A stretch of 64,000 nt of DNA from Mobula hypostoma (GCF_963921235.1 NC_086097.1:244468001-244532000), one strand, 5' to 3'. Positions 23,326 to 37,634 are shown, counted from the first letter of the stretch. Notes: generated from the letters alone by a model not told the origin. Translations and numbers: made by a program.

Positions 23326-25994
23326 CTTCAAATATGCAGACACACAAGTGTCATCTGTCTACACCATGGCTGAAATTGGAGCAATTTTGCACTCTAGAGT
23401 AGATGGAGAGGGTGAACACTTCAGCCTTAGTTCTGTCCAATAATTCTCCTACAACAGAGGACTTGGTGGAGAGGTGAAACTAGGCAGTCTCTGAGGAGGG
23501 TGTAACAACATACAATAGTTTTCTTGGCCTCAGCCCACACGGGAATTGGGTTGGTGGCTGCTTTGGACACTTATAACTGATTTAACTGACATGTGGCTGT
23601 TGTGTTTTACTATTTATTGTTATGTTTATTATTTAGTGTTGCGTTTGTTATGTTATGATTGCACTGCCCCTGAGAAACGCTGTCTCATTCTGCCCTGCAG
23701 AGCTGATGTACGGTTAGAATGACAATAAAGTTTTTTGAATCTTGAATCTTGAATCTCAGTTTGTGAGTTTTGTTGCATGAATGGCACTGCAGAGTAGACA
23801 GATGACAATGAACTTCTGCAAAATTGATGTTTGTCAAGGAACCACCACAATTCCTCTGTTGGTGCAGTCTTACGCAAGATTAAAAGCAAAGCCATGTACC
23901 AAGATGGCTGTTGGTTTCCATAGCAACAGAAACAAAATTCAGCTACTCAGACCATCAAGACTGCTCCATGACTGATCTATTTTACTTCTCAACCTAATTT
24001 TCCTACCTTCTCCGCATAACCTTTGACACCATTGCTAATCAATAATCTATCAACCTCCACAAGTTCCCAGGTAAGTTGATAGGATGATTAGGAAGACATG
24101 AGGTGTGTTGGCCTTCATTAGTTAGAAGATCAAGTTCAAGAGCTGCGAGATATACTGCAGCTCTATAAAACCCTGGTTGGACCACACAGTATGGTGTTCA
24201 GTTCTGGTCAGCTCATTATAGGAAGGATGCGGAAGCTTTAGAGAGGGGGCAGAGGAAATTTTCCGAGATGATGCCCAGAATAGAGAGCATGTCTTATGAA
24301 GATGGGTTGAGCAAGTTAGGGCTTTTCTCTTTGGACCGAAGGAGGCTGAGTAGTTACTTGATAGAGCTGTACAAGACGATAAGAAGCGTAGATTGAGTGA
24401 ATAGCCAAAGACTTTTTCCCAGGGCAGAAATTGTTAAATCAAGGTATGGGCATATTTTTAAGGTGGTTGGAGGAAAGTATAGGGGAATGCTCAGAGGAAA
24501 TTCCCTACACAGAGAGTGCTGGATGGGTGGAACGCCCTGCCAGGGGTGGTGGTAAAGCCAAATACCTTACAGGCATATAAGAAACTCTTAGGTAGGCACA
24601 TGGGTGATAAAAATGGAAGGTTTTATAGGAGGGAAAGGTTAGATTGATAACAGAGTCGGTTAAAAGGTTGACACAGCATCATGGGCCCATGGGCCTGTAC
24701 TGTGTTGTATTGTTTTATGTTCTAAATATACCTAATAACTTGGCCTCCACAGCTGTCTGTTGCAATGAATTCCACAGATTCACCACTATCTGGCTAAAGA
24801 AATTCCTCCTCATCTCTATTCTAAAGGGACATTCTTCTATTCTGATTCTGTGACCTGTGGTCCTTGACTTCCCCCACGAGAGGAATGATCCTCTCCACAT
24901 CCACTCTAAGCCTCTCAATATTTAATAGGTTTCAATAAGATCTTCCCTCGTTCTTCTAAACTCCAGTGAGTACAGGCTGAGAGCCATCAAATGCTCTTCA
25001 AATGTCCACCCTTTCGTTCCTGGGGTGATTCACATCAACCTCTCCAACGCCACCATATCCTTTCTTAGATATGGGACCCAAAACTGCTCACAATACTTAA
25101 GGGATGGTCTGATGAAGCCCCAGCATTTGTACTTTGCTTTTATATTCCACTTCACTTGAAATGAAAGATATGGCTGCACTTGTCATTCTTACCACTGATT
25201 CAACCTGCAAGTTAACCTTTATGGAAACCTGCACTGACACTTCCTTGTAGACACATTTCCATGACCGTAAACGATACAGTCTTTTAAGAGACTCCTGGAT
25301 AAGTACATGGAGCTTAGAAAAATAGAGAGCTATGGGTAAGCCTAGGTTGTTCTAAGGTAAGGACATGTTCAGCACAGCTTTGTGGGCTGAAGGGCCTGTA
25401 TTGTGCTGTAGGTTTTCTATGTTTCTGTATTAAACTCAAATGTAAATGTGACACTCAAGGTGCTAATGTTCAAAAACCAAGCAAGCAAGTCTGGAAGTCG
25501 AGGTCTAATGGTCAAAGCCCCGGTTCAGTGTGTCTGGAAGTCAAAGGCCTGATGATGCGGGACCGGACGCTGGAAGCTGTGGGGTTGGAGACGTGTGAGT
25601 GGGCGGGAGGGTGGGAGGGGGTTTCATTTTTGTTTTTTTTTGTTTGTTGCTTCTGTTGCTCTGCAGAGCGTTGTGCATTGTGAACATGCTACGCCGAGGC
25701 TGGAATGTGTGCCAACACTCGCAGGCTGCCACAAGCACAACCTTAGGCTGTGTTGGTTGTTAACACAAATGACATATTTCACTGTATGTTTTATTGGGCA
25801 AAAAAAAATTTTAATTGGATAGATATATGGACAGGAAAGGAATGGAGGGTTGTGGGCTGAGTGCAGGTCGGTGGGACTAGCTGAGAGTAAGAGTTCAGAA
25901 CGGACTAGAAGGGTGGAGATGGCCTGTTTCCGTGCTGTAATTATTATATGGTTGTTACGTGGTTATATGTGATAAATTAATGAAACTGGATCTG

Positions 25995-26925
25995 ATGGTG
26001 TTCAGGAAGGTTTCTTGACACAATATGTAGATAAGGCTACAAGAGGAGAGACTGTACTTGATCTGGTATTGGGAAATGAACCTGGTCAGGTATCAGGTCT
26101 CTCGGTGGGAGAGTATTTTGGAGATAATGATCACAATTCTATCTCCTTTACCGTAGCATTGGAGAGGGATAGGAGCAGACAAGTTAGGGAAACGTTTAAT
26201 TGGAGTAAGGGGAAATATGAGGCTATCAGGCAAGAACTTGGAAGCATAAATTGGAAACAGATATTCTCAGGGAAACATACAGAAGAAATGTGGCAAATGT
26301 TCAGGGGATACTTGTGTGGGATTCTGAGTAGGTACATTCCATTGAGACATGGGAAGGATGGTAGGGTACAGGAACCATGGCGTACAAAGGCTGTTGTAAA
26401 TCTAGACAAGAAGAAAAGAAGAGCTTACAAAAGTTTAATAAAACTAGGTAATGATAGGAATCTAGAAGATTATAAGGCTAGCAAGAAGGAGGTTAAGAAT
26501 GAAATTAGGAGAGCCAGAAGGAGCCATGAGAGGGCCTTGGCGGACAGGATTAAGGAAAACCCTAAGGCATTCTACAAGTATGTAAAGAGCAAGACGTGAG
26601 AGGATAGGACCAATTAAGTGTGACAGTGGAAAAGTGTATATGGAACCAGAGGAAATAACAAAGGTGACCTGATAGAGGTGTACAAGATAATGAGAGGCAT
26701 TGATCGTGTGGATAGTCAGAGGCTTTTCCCCAGGGCTTAAATGGCTTAGCACGAGAGGGTATAGTTTTAAGGTGCTTGGAAGCAGGTACAGAGGAGATGT
26801 CAGGGGTAAGCTTTTCACGCAGAGAGTGGTGAGTGCGTGGAATGGGCTGCTGGCGATGGTGGTGGAGGCAGAAACGGAACGGTCTTTTAAGGGACTCCTG
26901 GATGGCTACATGGAGCTTAGATAAC
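25995..26925 (+). mobile_element. CR1 ORF2 fragment with large internal deletion (APE region fused to 3' end)
   Basis: ORF 26015..26599 is closely similar to 29090-29740; jumps to the 3' end at about 26660. Confidence 0.8.
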
Positions 26926-28809
26926 GTGTAATTTGTTAATGTTAGACTCTTTGTTGGATTTTTCAATTACTTGTACTGGTATGGCATGAAGCTTACTTGT
27001 CACCTGGATCAAGCCTAAATGTTAGCTAAAGATCAAAACGTCTGTCGATGATGGCATAGTAAATCTTGCAGCGGGTGTGGTCAGTTACCATAATCTGAGG
27101 AACGAACTCTGTATAGCCACACGCAAGTATCTCCACCTGTACCTTTATGAATAAACATCTATGGATAGATGGGTCAGGATTCTGTCTGTCGTCCTGAGCA
27201 ACTCCTGCAACAATGTCTTGAGATGTCTCCAAGAAGCATAATTCTCGTGTAGGCTGTTTGACAAGACAATTTTGTGGATACATAATCTGTGATAAATCCA
27301 CCCAGTTGAGCCCTGCTCTCAAATGATCTTGAGTCTTTGTAATTGGATGAAGGCTATACTCAGCTAAGACCACACAATATCTGATGTTCAATTCTATCCA
27401 CATAGGCATCTTCACTTCGTGGTAGCACACTACCCTTAACCCCAGTGGTTGCCAGAGCAAAAATATGATTCCAGCTCAGTGGCGTTTTCCAGTTCCCTTA
27501 ACTCCCAAGGCTTTTAATTTGCTGGGACTCTCTAACTGCAGACTTCATCAGAAGAGTCTTCAAAGAGAAGAATGCTCAGTAGAATAATATTGGTTTTGTT
27601 GAAAAATTTGCCAGACTCTGTGCACTCAGTAACTTGCTTAAGGACAGACTTGAATTGGCTGAATCTGGTTTCTGAGATGTGAAAATCTTGAGTGGAACCC
27701 AAAATGGAGTACGTCCTCGGAACTTGAAGCAAATGCTTCTGTGCTTGTGTTGGGTTTTGTGTCTGAGTTCCTTCCAGTACTGCAGAATTGGGTACATGTA
27801 TCTACAACAGAAATGTTGCACAGAATTAGGTGGAGCCAGTTTATCCATCGTTTTCTCCTCTACCAACAGATGCAGGCACATTTTGGCAACTATGTTTGTC
27901 AACAGCAGCCAAACAAATCAGTGATGGCACCAGTATACCACATTCTGTGCCATTATGAAGTACGATCAGTAATGATGAACAAGAGGAAGTACAGATTCAT
28001 CAGCTTCGGGAGGCTGCTACGCAGAAGAACATCTCTGAACACACAGCATGTCGAACCTTAAAGTGGATAGGCTACAGCTGCAGAAGACCACTCAGTGGCT
28101 GCTTTATTAGATACAGGAGTGTACATACTTTGATAATAAATTTATTTTGAACTTTGGTAAGTCTTGAGCAGTAGAGGTTAATAGCTGACTCCCACTTATT
28201 TTTGGTGACACAAATATCACATCAGATCTTGCTTGAAGGTTATCCAGCTAATTTTCGGAGGAATTGTGAATGAAATTGAAAACTGTTACATCATCTTCAG
28301 TGACTGTGATTTTTGTTTGTCTTTATGGAGGAAGGAAGATCACTGATAAACCAGATGAGCTGAAGGCACTGCTCTGAGGAACTGCTGCCGGGAAGGTTGG
28401 CTCAAATGTCTGATCTCCAAAATTCTTGACCATTCTCTTTTACATGAGGTATGGCTGGTTTCTCCTCAAATGCAACTGACTTGAGTTTTACCAGAAACAC
28501 AAGAGATTCTTCGGATGCTGGAAATGCAGAGCAACACACACAAAATGCTGGAGGAACTAAGCGGGTCAAGCAGCATCAATGGAAGGAATAAATAGACAAC
28601 ATTTTGGCTCAAGACTCTTCAAAGGGATCAGGCTTACCGGAGCTTCTTATTCCGATACTTGGCCAGATTAGAAGTTAATGTCAAGGGCAGTCACTCTCTT
28701 GTCTGTGCCTGGATCAGAGCTGAAGTTTATTAGAAGCAGAAAGGATCCCCCTCTCCCCTTCATCATTTCCCATCCCCTTGTCCCATTCTCATGTTATCTC
28801 CTTGTGTGT

Positions 28810-31800
28810 CACAGCTGATGAAAAGGTGGACGCCATGGAGGGATTGTCTACGGAGCCTCTGTGGGTGGAGGTTAGGAACAGGAAGGGGTCAACAAATTTA
28901 CTGGTTGTTTTTTATAGGCCGCCCAATAGTAACAGGGATATCAAGGAGCAGATAGGGAAACAGATCCTGGAAAGGTGTAATAATAACAGAGTTGTCGTGA
29001 TGGGAGATTTTAATTTCCCAAATATTGATTGGCATCTCCCTAGAGCAAGGGGTTTAGATGGGGTGATGTTTGTTAGGTGTGTTCAGGAAGGTTTCTTGAC
29101 ACAATATGTAGATAAGCCTATAAGAGGAGAGGCTGAACTTGATTTGGTATTGGGAAATGAACCTGGTCAGGTGTCAGATCTCACAGTGGGAGAGCATTTT
29201 GGAGATAGTGATCATAATTCTATCTCCTTTACAATAGCATTGGAGAGAGATAGGAACAGACAAGTCAGAAAAGTGTTTAATTGGAGTAAGGGGAATTATG
29301 AGGCTATCAGGAAGGAAATTGGAAGCTTAAATTGGAAACAGATGTTCTCAGGGAAAAGTACAGAAAAAATGTGGCAAATGTTCAGGGGATATTTGTGTGG
29401 AGCTCTGCATGGGTACATTTCAATGAGACAGGGAAGTTATGGTGGGGTACAGGAACCGTGGTGTACAAAGGCTCTGATAAATCTAGTCAAGAAGAAAAGA
29501 AAAGCTTACAAAAGGTTCAGAGAGCTAGGTAATGTTAGAGATCTAGAATATTATAAGGCTAATAGGAAGGAGATTAGGAAGGAAATTAGGAGAGCCAGAA
29601 GGGGCCATGAGAAGGCCTTGGCGGGCAGGTTTAAAGAAAACCCCAAGGCATTCTACAAGTATCTGAAGAGCAAGAGGATAAGACATGAAAGAATAGGACC
29701 TATCAAGTGTGACAGTGGGAAAGTATGTATGGAACCGAAGGAAATAGAAGAGGTACTATAGGATCTTGGTGATTGTAGTGATGACTTGCAGCAGACTGAA
29801 AAGCTTGAGCATGTAAATATTAAGAAAGACAATGTGCTGGAGCTTTTGGAAAGCATCAAGTTGGATAAGTCGCCGAGACCAGATGAGATGTACCCCTGGG
29901 TATTAAGAGAGGGGATAAAGTACATAAGGTTTTGTTGTATGCAGATGATTTATTAGTTTACATTTCAGACCCTAGGAAATCTATTCCTTCTATGTAATCC
30001 ATATTTACTGAATTTAGTACTTTCTCTGGATATAAGTTAAATTTACATAAAAGTGAATTATTTCCTATTAATAACTATTCGGATCAATATGATCAAATAC
30101 CTTTTAATATTGCTAAAAATTATTTTACCTTTCTTAGTGTTAAAATCACTAAAGATTTTAAAGATTTATATAAATATAATTTTCTTCCTTTAATTGAATA
30201 TACACCACAAACGCTTTCCAAATGGTCGCCTATGACAATGTCGTTAATTGGACGAATAAATGCTATAAAAATGACAATTTTACCGAAATTTTTATAGACG
30301 TTTCAAACTGTTCCATCCTTTGTCCCGAAAATGTTTTTTGATAGAATAGATTCTATATCTTATAAATCTGGAATAATAAAACCTCTAGAGTGAGTAAACC
30401 TTTACTGCAAAAATTAAAAAAAGATGGTGGCTTGGCCTTACCAAACTTTAGATTCCATTACTGGGCAATTAATATTCATTATATTACTTTTTGGATTCAC
30501 TGTATAGATATACAGGACCGTCCTTCATGGTTGGACTTAGAGGAGAACTCGGTAAAGGGGTTCTCTTTGGCTTCTTTGCTGGGAGCTCCTCTTCCCTTTT
30601 TGTTTTCTAAGATTGGTAGACAAGATCTTAGTCCCACTGTTAAACATACATCAAAAATTTGGTTTCAGTTTCGCAGATCTTTTGACTTAAATAACTTTGT
30701 TCTTTCGAGTAATATCCATTTTAACTATTTTTTAAAACCATCAATTTTAGATAAGGCCTTTTTAACATGGCAAACTAAGGGAATAAAAACTTTTCTAGAT
30801 TAGTTTTTAGAGGATTGCTTAATGTCTTTTCGCAGCTAGTGGACTAATATAATTTATCCAATGCACACTTTTTAGATATTTACATGTTAGGAATTTTTTA
30901 CGCGATTTGTTACCAAATTACCCATTTGCTCATTTACCAAATATGATAGATGCTATCTTTCAGCTTAAACCATTCCAAAAAGGATTGATAGCCATCATAT
31001 ATAAACTGCTATGAATTTACGAATGATGTCTAATGATAAGGTTAAATGTGTTTGGGAATTGGAACTTCAAGAGTCACTTTCAGATAATCAAAATTTGTCA
31101 TTTAGTTAATAATTCAACTATTTGTGCCTGTCACTCCTTGATTTTCAGTTCAAGGTAGTGCACAGGACACATATGTCAAAAGATAAACTAGTGCATGTTT
31201 TTTCTGATATAAATCCCACCTGTGATAGATGTGACACGGAGGTGGCCACCTTAACTCATATGTTTTGGTCCTGCATAAAGTTGAATAAGTTTTGGAGAGT
31301 TGTTTTTAGAATGTTATCAAAAGTCATAGTTCTGGAGCTACAACTTAATTCACTTACGGCAATCTTTGGGATTATTCCAACAGAAGCAGGAAACTTTCCT
31401 GCTTCCACTCAACACATATTAGCTTTCTCAACTTTATTGGCTAGGAAAGCTATTCTATTGTACTGGAAGGATCCCAATCCACCTACTGTATTTTTTTGGC
31501 TCTCCTCCATTATGACTCATTTAAATTTGGAGAAAATAAGGAGTCGGACGTTTGATACATCTTTTAAATTTGAGCAAACTTGGTGACCTTTTATTCAATA
31601 TTTTCATATGATCTAATTCATTTTACTTTTCCAGTTTTTTTTTCTTCTCCGTGAAGTTTTAGATTTCACCAGAAGGATTTTCCCTTTTTTTTAACTGTAT
31701 CCTCAAAATGGACTGCCCAGTCCTCCATTTTTTTGTTTTAGGTTAGTTTATTGGGTTTCTTCTTCTCAATAACAGGGAATCTTGAGTCTTTTTTTCTATG

Positions 31801-33490
31801 AACTGTTAAGAGGAGAAGTGGTTCTTTTCTCTCTTTATATTAACTTAATATTATATATGATTTTGACAGTGTATATTCCTTTCTTTGTTTGTACTATTAT
31901 TGAAATACGTATTTGAGATAACCTCTCCTCTGGTTTGTATTTATCCTTATTCTTTAAAATCAATAAAAAAGGATTGAAAGAGAAAGAGATGTACCCCGGG
32001 CTACTGTGGCAGGCGAGGGAGGAGATTGTTGAGCCTCTGGTGATGATCTTTGCATCGTCAATGGGATGGGAGAGGTTCCGGAGGATTGGAGGGTTGTGAA
32101 TGTTGTTCCTTTATCCAAGAAAGGGAGTAGAGTTAGCCCAGGAAACTATAGACCGGTGAGTCTTACCTCAGTGGTTGGTAAGTTGATGGAGAAGATCCTG
32201 AAAGGCAGGATTTATGAACATTTGGAGAGATATAATATGATTAACAATAGTCAGTATGGCTTTGTCAAGGGCAGGTCGTGGCTTGTGAGCCTGATTGAAT
32301 TTTTTGAGGATGCGACTAAACACATTGATGAAGGTAGAGCAGTAGATGTAGTGTATATAGATTTCAGCAAGGCATTTGATAAGGTACCCCATGCAAGGCT
32401 TATTGAGAAAGTAAGGAGGCATGAGATCCAAGAGGACATTGCTTTGTGTTTCCAGAACTGGCTTGCCCACAGAAGGAAAAGAGTGGTTGTAGATGGGTCA
32501 TATTCTGCATGGAGGTCGGTGACCAGTGGTGTGCCTCAGGGATCTGTTCTGTGACCCCGACTCTTTGTGATTTTTATAAATGACCTCGATGAGGAAGTGA
32601 GGGATGGGTTAGTAAGTTTGCTGATGACACAAAGGTTGGGGGTGTTGTGGATAGTGTGGAGTGCTGTCAGAGGTTACAGCAGGACATTGATAGGATGCAA
32701 AACTGGGCTGAGAAGTGGCAGATAAGTGTGAAGTGGTTCATTTTGGTAGGTCAAATATGATGGCAGAATATAGTATTAATGGTAAGACTCTTGGCAGCGT
32801 GGAGGATCAGAGGGATCTTGGGGTCCGAGTCCATAGGACACTCAAAGCAGCTGAGCAGGTTGACTCTGTGGTTAAGAAGGCGTATGGTGTATCGGCCTTC
32901 ATCAATCGTGGAATTGAACTTAAGCGCTGAGAGGTAATGTTGCAGCTATATAGGACCCTGGTCAGACCCCACTTGGAGTACTGTGCTCAGTTCTGGTCAC
33001 ATCACTACAGGAAGGATGTGGAAGCCATAGAAAGGGTGCAGAGGAGATTTACAAGGATGTTGCCTGGATTGGGGAGTATGCCTTATGAGAATAGGTTGAG
33101 TGAACTCAGCCTTTTCTCCTTGGAGTGACAGAGGATGAGAGGTGACCTGATGGAGGTGTATAAGATGATGAGAGGCATGGATCATGTGGATTGTCAGAGG
33201 CTTTTTCCTTGGGCTGAAATGGTTGCCACACGAGGTCACAGGTTTAAGGTGCTGGCGAGTAGGTACAGAGGAGATGTCAGGGGTAAGTATTTTACTCAGA
33301 GAGTGGTGAGTGCGTGGAATGGGCTGCCGGCAACAGTGGTGGAGGGGGATACGATAGGGTCTTTTCAGAGACTTTTAGATAGGTACATGGAGCTTAGAAA
33401 AATAGTAATTTCTGAGGTAGGGACATGTTCGGCACAACTTTGTGGGCCAAAGGGCCTGTATTGTGCTGTAGGTTTTCTATGTTTCTATGG
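28810..33490 (+). mobile_element. CR1 LINE ORF2 (APE endonuclease 28810-29760; RT and tail 31986-33490), interrupted by an L1-type insertion
   Basis: VFYRPPNS, MGDFNFPNIDW, LDLVLGNE, DSDHNSI (APE); [19 protein letters not shown] (RT); stops and frameshifts present. Confidence 0.9.
29897..31985 (+). mobile_element. L1-clade (L1/Tx1-like) LINE, 5'-truncated, decayed ORF2 3' half
   Basis: LYADDLLVYISDP near 29935, GGLALPNFRFHYWA, C-terminal CDRC...THMFWSC; AT-rich; AATAAA plus A-rich end; TSD GAGATGTACCCC at 29885-29896 and 31986-31997. Confidence 0.88.
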
Positions 33491-34829
33491 CATCAGTGTT
33501 CTTCACCTGATGAGGCATAATCATCACCACAGCTCAGCCCGTGCTTCAGTGTTGTCCAGGTCTCTGTCATCACATGCCACGTGGAGTCATTGGCTCGGAA
33601 GTTAGTATGAGGGCAGTGGGAAAATTATCCCTCTTGTGATGGTTGAGCTCATCACTGGAGATTCGGTGTCACTTTGATCTGGCCCACACCTTTACTGACC
33701 TGGGCCAACACTACTTGCCATTATTGGGATCTTTCTTTTACTATCTTCTACCTTATTAAGAGTCAAGTGAGGTGCTAGGTATTGTATGTTTGTGTGAGTG
33801 TTATGGTCATGAGGTTTTAAGTAGGGATCTTTGTTTAGAATTATGCATTGTAGGTTGGGGTGAAATTGGAGGGTGCTGAGAGTCAGGGCGTGTTTTTAGA
33901 GTCGGGGCTATTTTTTGCAGGTGCTTAGGTTTAAGCTGTGGCCACTTCACAGTTAATGTACCTCAATGGGGAGTCGCCTAGGGCTACTGGGTGATCTTAA
34001 GGCAAAGGAGTGTTGCTGAGAGCCAGGCGTGGTTCACCGTTAGGGATATTGGATAAGATTAGCAGGAGCGTTAGCTGGGGTTGCAGGGAATGTCTTCAGA
34101 GCTAGGGATGTGTTTAGAGTTGTGTTGGCAGGAGCTGGGGAGAGGTTAGTGCTAGGGAGTTGCAAACAGATCTGATCACTGTGCAATATTGAAGTCACAT
34201 TCCAACTCTTGGCCTCACGGTGGAACGAAGACCACCAATGGAGCCAATTAAGATGTTTAATCCTGGGACACTGTTCTGAGGAACTCCTGCAGCAATACTC
34301 TGGAGGCTTGAAGGAGTAAATCCCAAACAACCAAAACCCACTTCCTTGGTGTGTTAAAGGACTGATCATTTCAATGGCTCTGCTTTGACTTCAAGCTTAC
34401 CAGGACTCCTCGCCATCTATAAATTTGCTGACGCAACTGTTGTTGGCAAATGATGAGGTAGCATACAGGAGTGAGAGGTTGAGTGGTGTCACAACAACCT
34501 TGCACTCAACATCAGCGAGACCAAGGAAATGATCGTGGATTTCAGGAAGGGGAAGTTGAGGGAACACACACCATTCCACTGAGGAACCAGCAGTACAAAG
34601 GGTGAAGAGTTTCAAGTTCTTGGGTGCCAACATATCTGAAGATCTATCCTGTTGCCAACATATCGGTGTAATTATGAAAAAGGCATGCCAACAGTCATAG
34701 AGTTTTAATATGTCACCAAAGGCTGGCAAATTTCTACAGATTTACCATGGAGAGCATTCTGCATCACCACCTAGTATAGAGTGGCCACTTCACAGGATCG
34801 GGAAAAAGCTGCAGAGGGTTGTAAATCAC

Positions 34830-36310
34830 CTGATGCACCCCTCCTCCCCCCTCCAGTTCAACATGTGGGTGAACAACAGTCTACCACTGTCTACACCCCC
34901 TCCTTCCCCTGCACCTCCTATCCACACCTCCACATACCAACTGCTATTATCCAGACCTTCAGCTCCCCCAGCCCCACCTTCCACCAACTCTCTAGTCATC
35001 GTGGGCTCACCTTCGCTACAGAGCAGGTGAGAAGGGGTCTGGGGAAGTTCAGACATGGCAAAGCATTGGGGCCCGATGGTGTGAACCCCAGGGTCCTGAA
35101 GGAGTGTACTGAACAGATGTGTGGAGTTCTCTGGCACATTTTCTACCTGCCTAGCCTAGAAAGGGTCCCAACTGTGTGGCCCCAGTACTCAAGAAGGGCG
35201 GGTCAAAAGTCTTGAATCACTACCGCCCAGCAGCCCTGACCTCACGCATCATGAAGACCCTTGAGAGGCTGGTCCTGGCTCACCTCCGACCCCTCGAACC
35301 CTCGATCCCCTGCAGTTTGCTTACCAGGAGCACATTGGAGTTAATGATGCTGTAATCTACCTGCTGAACAAAGCGTACACCCACTTGGAAAGCTGGGCAG
35401 TACCGTAAGGATCATGTTTTTTTTACTTTTCCAGTGCCTTTAATACCATACAGTCCTCATTGCTGGGGGCAGGGGGGGGAACCTCCATGCACTACAGGTC
35501 AGCACTTCCATTATATCCTGGAAAATGGACTACCTGACTGGCGGATCACAATTTGTGCAGCTTCAGATCTGTGTGTCAGACGTGGCTATAAGCAGCACTG
35601 GGGCCCCACAGGGGACTGTACTGGCTTCCCTCCTGTTTACACTGCATACCTCGGACTTTAGATACAACACGGAGTCATGTCATCTGCAGAAATTCTCTGC
35701 TGATTCAGCAATAGTTGAGTGTAGAAAGGGAGGTCAGGAGGATGAGTACAGGGCCCTGGTGGAGGACTTTGTCAAATGGTGTAAGCTGAATCATTTGCAG
35801 CTCAACATCAGTAAGACAAAGGAAATGGTGATGGACTTTAGGAGGACCAAGCCTGCACTGCTCCGTTACTACTGATGGTGGACGTGGATGTGGTGGGGCC
35901 CTACGAGTACCTGGGGGTGCACCTAGACAACAGACTTGAGTGGAGCACGGACACAAGAGTCACCTCTACTCCTTGAGGAGACTGAGATCTTTGGAGTATG
36001 CAGGCCTCCCCTTCACATGTTCCAGCCGTCTGTTGTCGCCAGTAAAATCTTGTAAGCGGTGGTGTGCTGGGGCAATGGCATCAACATGTGTGATGCCAAC
36101 AGGCTCAATAAACTGATTAGGAAGGCTGGCTCTGTTATAGGAGTCAAACTGGACACACTGGAGGCTGTGGTAGAACAAAGGACCCTACAGAAAATCCTGG
36201 CAATTCTGGACAATGTTTCTCACATGTGTGCCACCTTGGCTGAACAGAGGAGCACTTTTAGTAACAGACTAGGACAACTGTGCTGCTACAAGGAGAGCTA
36301 TATGGGGTCA
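34830..36310 (+). mobile_element. Rex1/Babar-like LINE RT region, decayed
   Basis: KALGPDGV, YRP.ALTS.IMKTLER, DPLQFAY, GAPQGTVLASLLF, KFSADSAIV, LQLNISKTKEMVMDFRR. Confidence 0.8.
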
Positions 36311-37634
36311 TCTGGTTTTACCTATCAACTGTCACTTTGTTCTCCTTCCCATCCCCCCTTTTCTAGCTTCTTCCCCCTTCCTTTCCAGTCCTAATGAAAA
36401 GTCTTGACCCAAAACGGTGACTCCATAGATGTTATCTGACTTGCTGAGTTCCATTGGCATTTTGTTTGTGTTGCTCTGGATGTCCAGTGTCTCCAGGAAA
36501 GTCTGAAGAACACAGAACAGTACAGGCCTTTCGGCCCACAACGTTGTGCCAACATTATAACATACTCTAAGAGCAATCTATCCCTTCTCTCAAACACAGC
36601 CCCCATATTTTTTTAAATCACCCACGTGTCCATCTGAAAGCTTCTTAAATGCTCCTAATGTACCTGCTTCCACCAACAACCCTGCCAGGGTGTTCTACAC
36701 ACCCACCACTCTATGTTAAAAAGCTTGCATGTAACATCCCCCTGATGGTGCTAGCCAGGAGTCAGAGAACATTTCAGGACAGCAATGTTATGTGTTTTAC
36801 TGAAATGTGGCTGCACGAGGACATACCCGACCAAAACGTTTCCATAGAGGGCTATAGACCGTTCCAGCTGACCGGAATTGCACTGAGAGTGGTAAGCGTA
36901 AAGGAGAGGGGCTTGCTGTTCTGGTTAACAACAGATGGTGCAAACCTGGTCATATTATGATCATGGAACATGTTTGTAGCCCGAATATCGAACTTTTTGT
37001 TGTTGGACCCCGGCTCCACCGAGATGCAACACTGAGCGTCATAGGAAGTCATTCCTGCCTGTGACCATCAAACTTTACAACTCCTCCCTTGGAGGGTCAG
37101 ACACCCTGAGCCAATAGGCTGGTCCTGGACTTATTTCCATCTGGCATAATTTACATATTGTTATTTGGTGATTTGTAGTTTTATGTTGCTATGTTTGTAC
37201 TCTATTCTTGGTTGGTGTGGCTGTAGCGAAACCCAATTTCCCTCGGGATCAATAAAGTATGTCTATCTATCTATACATCCTCCAATCACCTTAAGATTAT
37301 GCCCCCCCCCCATTAGTGACCCTAAATGATTCCATACGAATATGCTCTTTGTTGGAAATATCCATTCCCCTGTCCCAGTTTCTCCAAAACACTCTTGACC
37401 TGAAACATCAACTGTTTATTTCTCTCCATAGATGCTGCCTGACCTGCTGAGTTCCTCTGCCCGGGGGGGGGTGGGGGGAGAGAGGTTGTGTGTATTGCGT
37501 TGCGTTGCTCTGGATTTCCAGCATCTGCACAGAATCTCCTGTGTTTAGGAATGAAATGTTGTGAATTTGTTTCGGCTTCTGTCATCTTCAAATACCTTAT
37601 ATGGGAAGGAAACCAGACTTTGATCATAATTAGT

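Noticed and set aside
27480..27510. Walker-A-like GVKGTGKR on the minus strand
   Set aside because: Lacks the S/T after K, is followed by a stop two codons later, and has no supporting Walker B; may be chance.
28778..29761. 327-aa ORF as a host gene
   Set aside because: It is the CR1 APE endonuclease region; the N-terminal residues come from unrelated flanking repeat.
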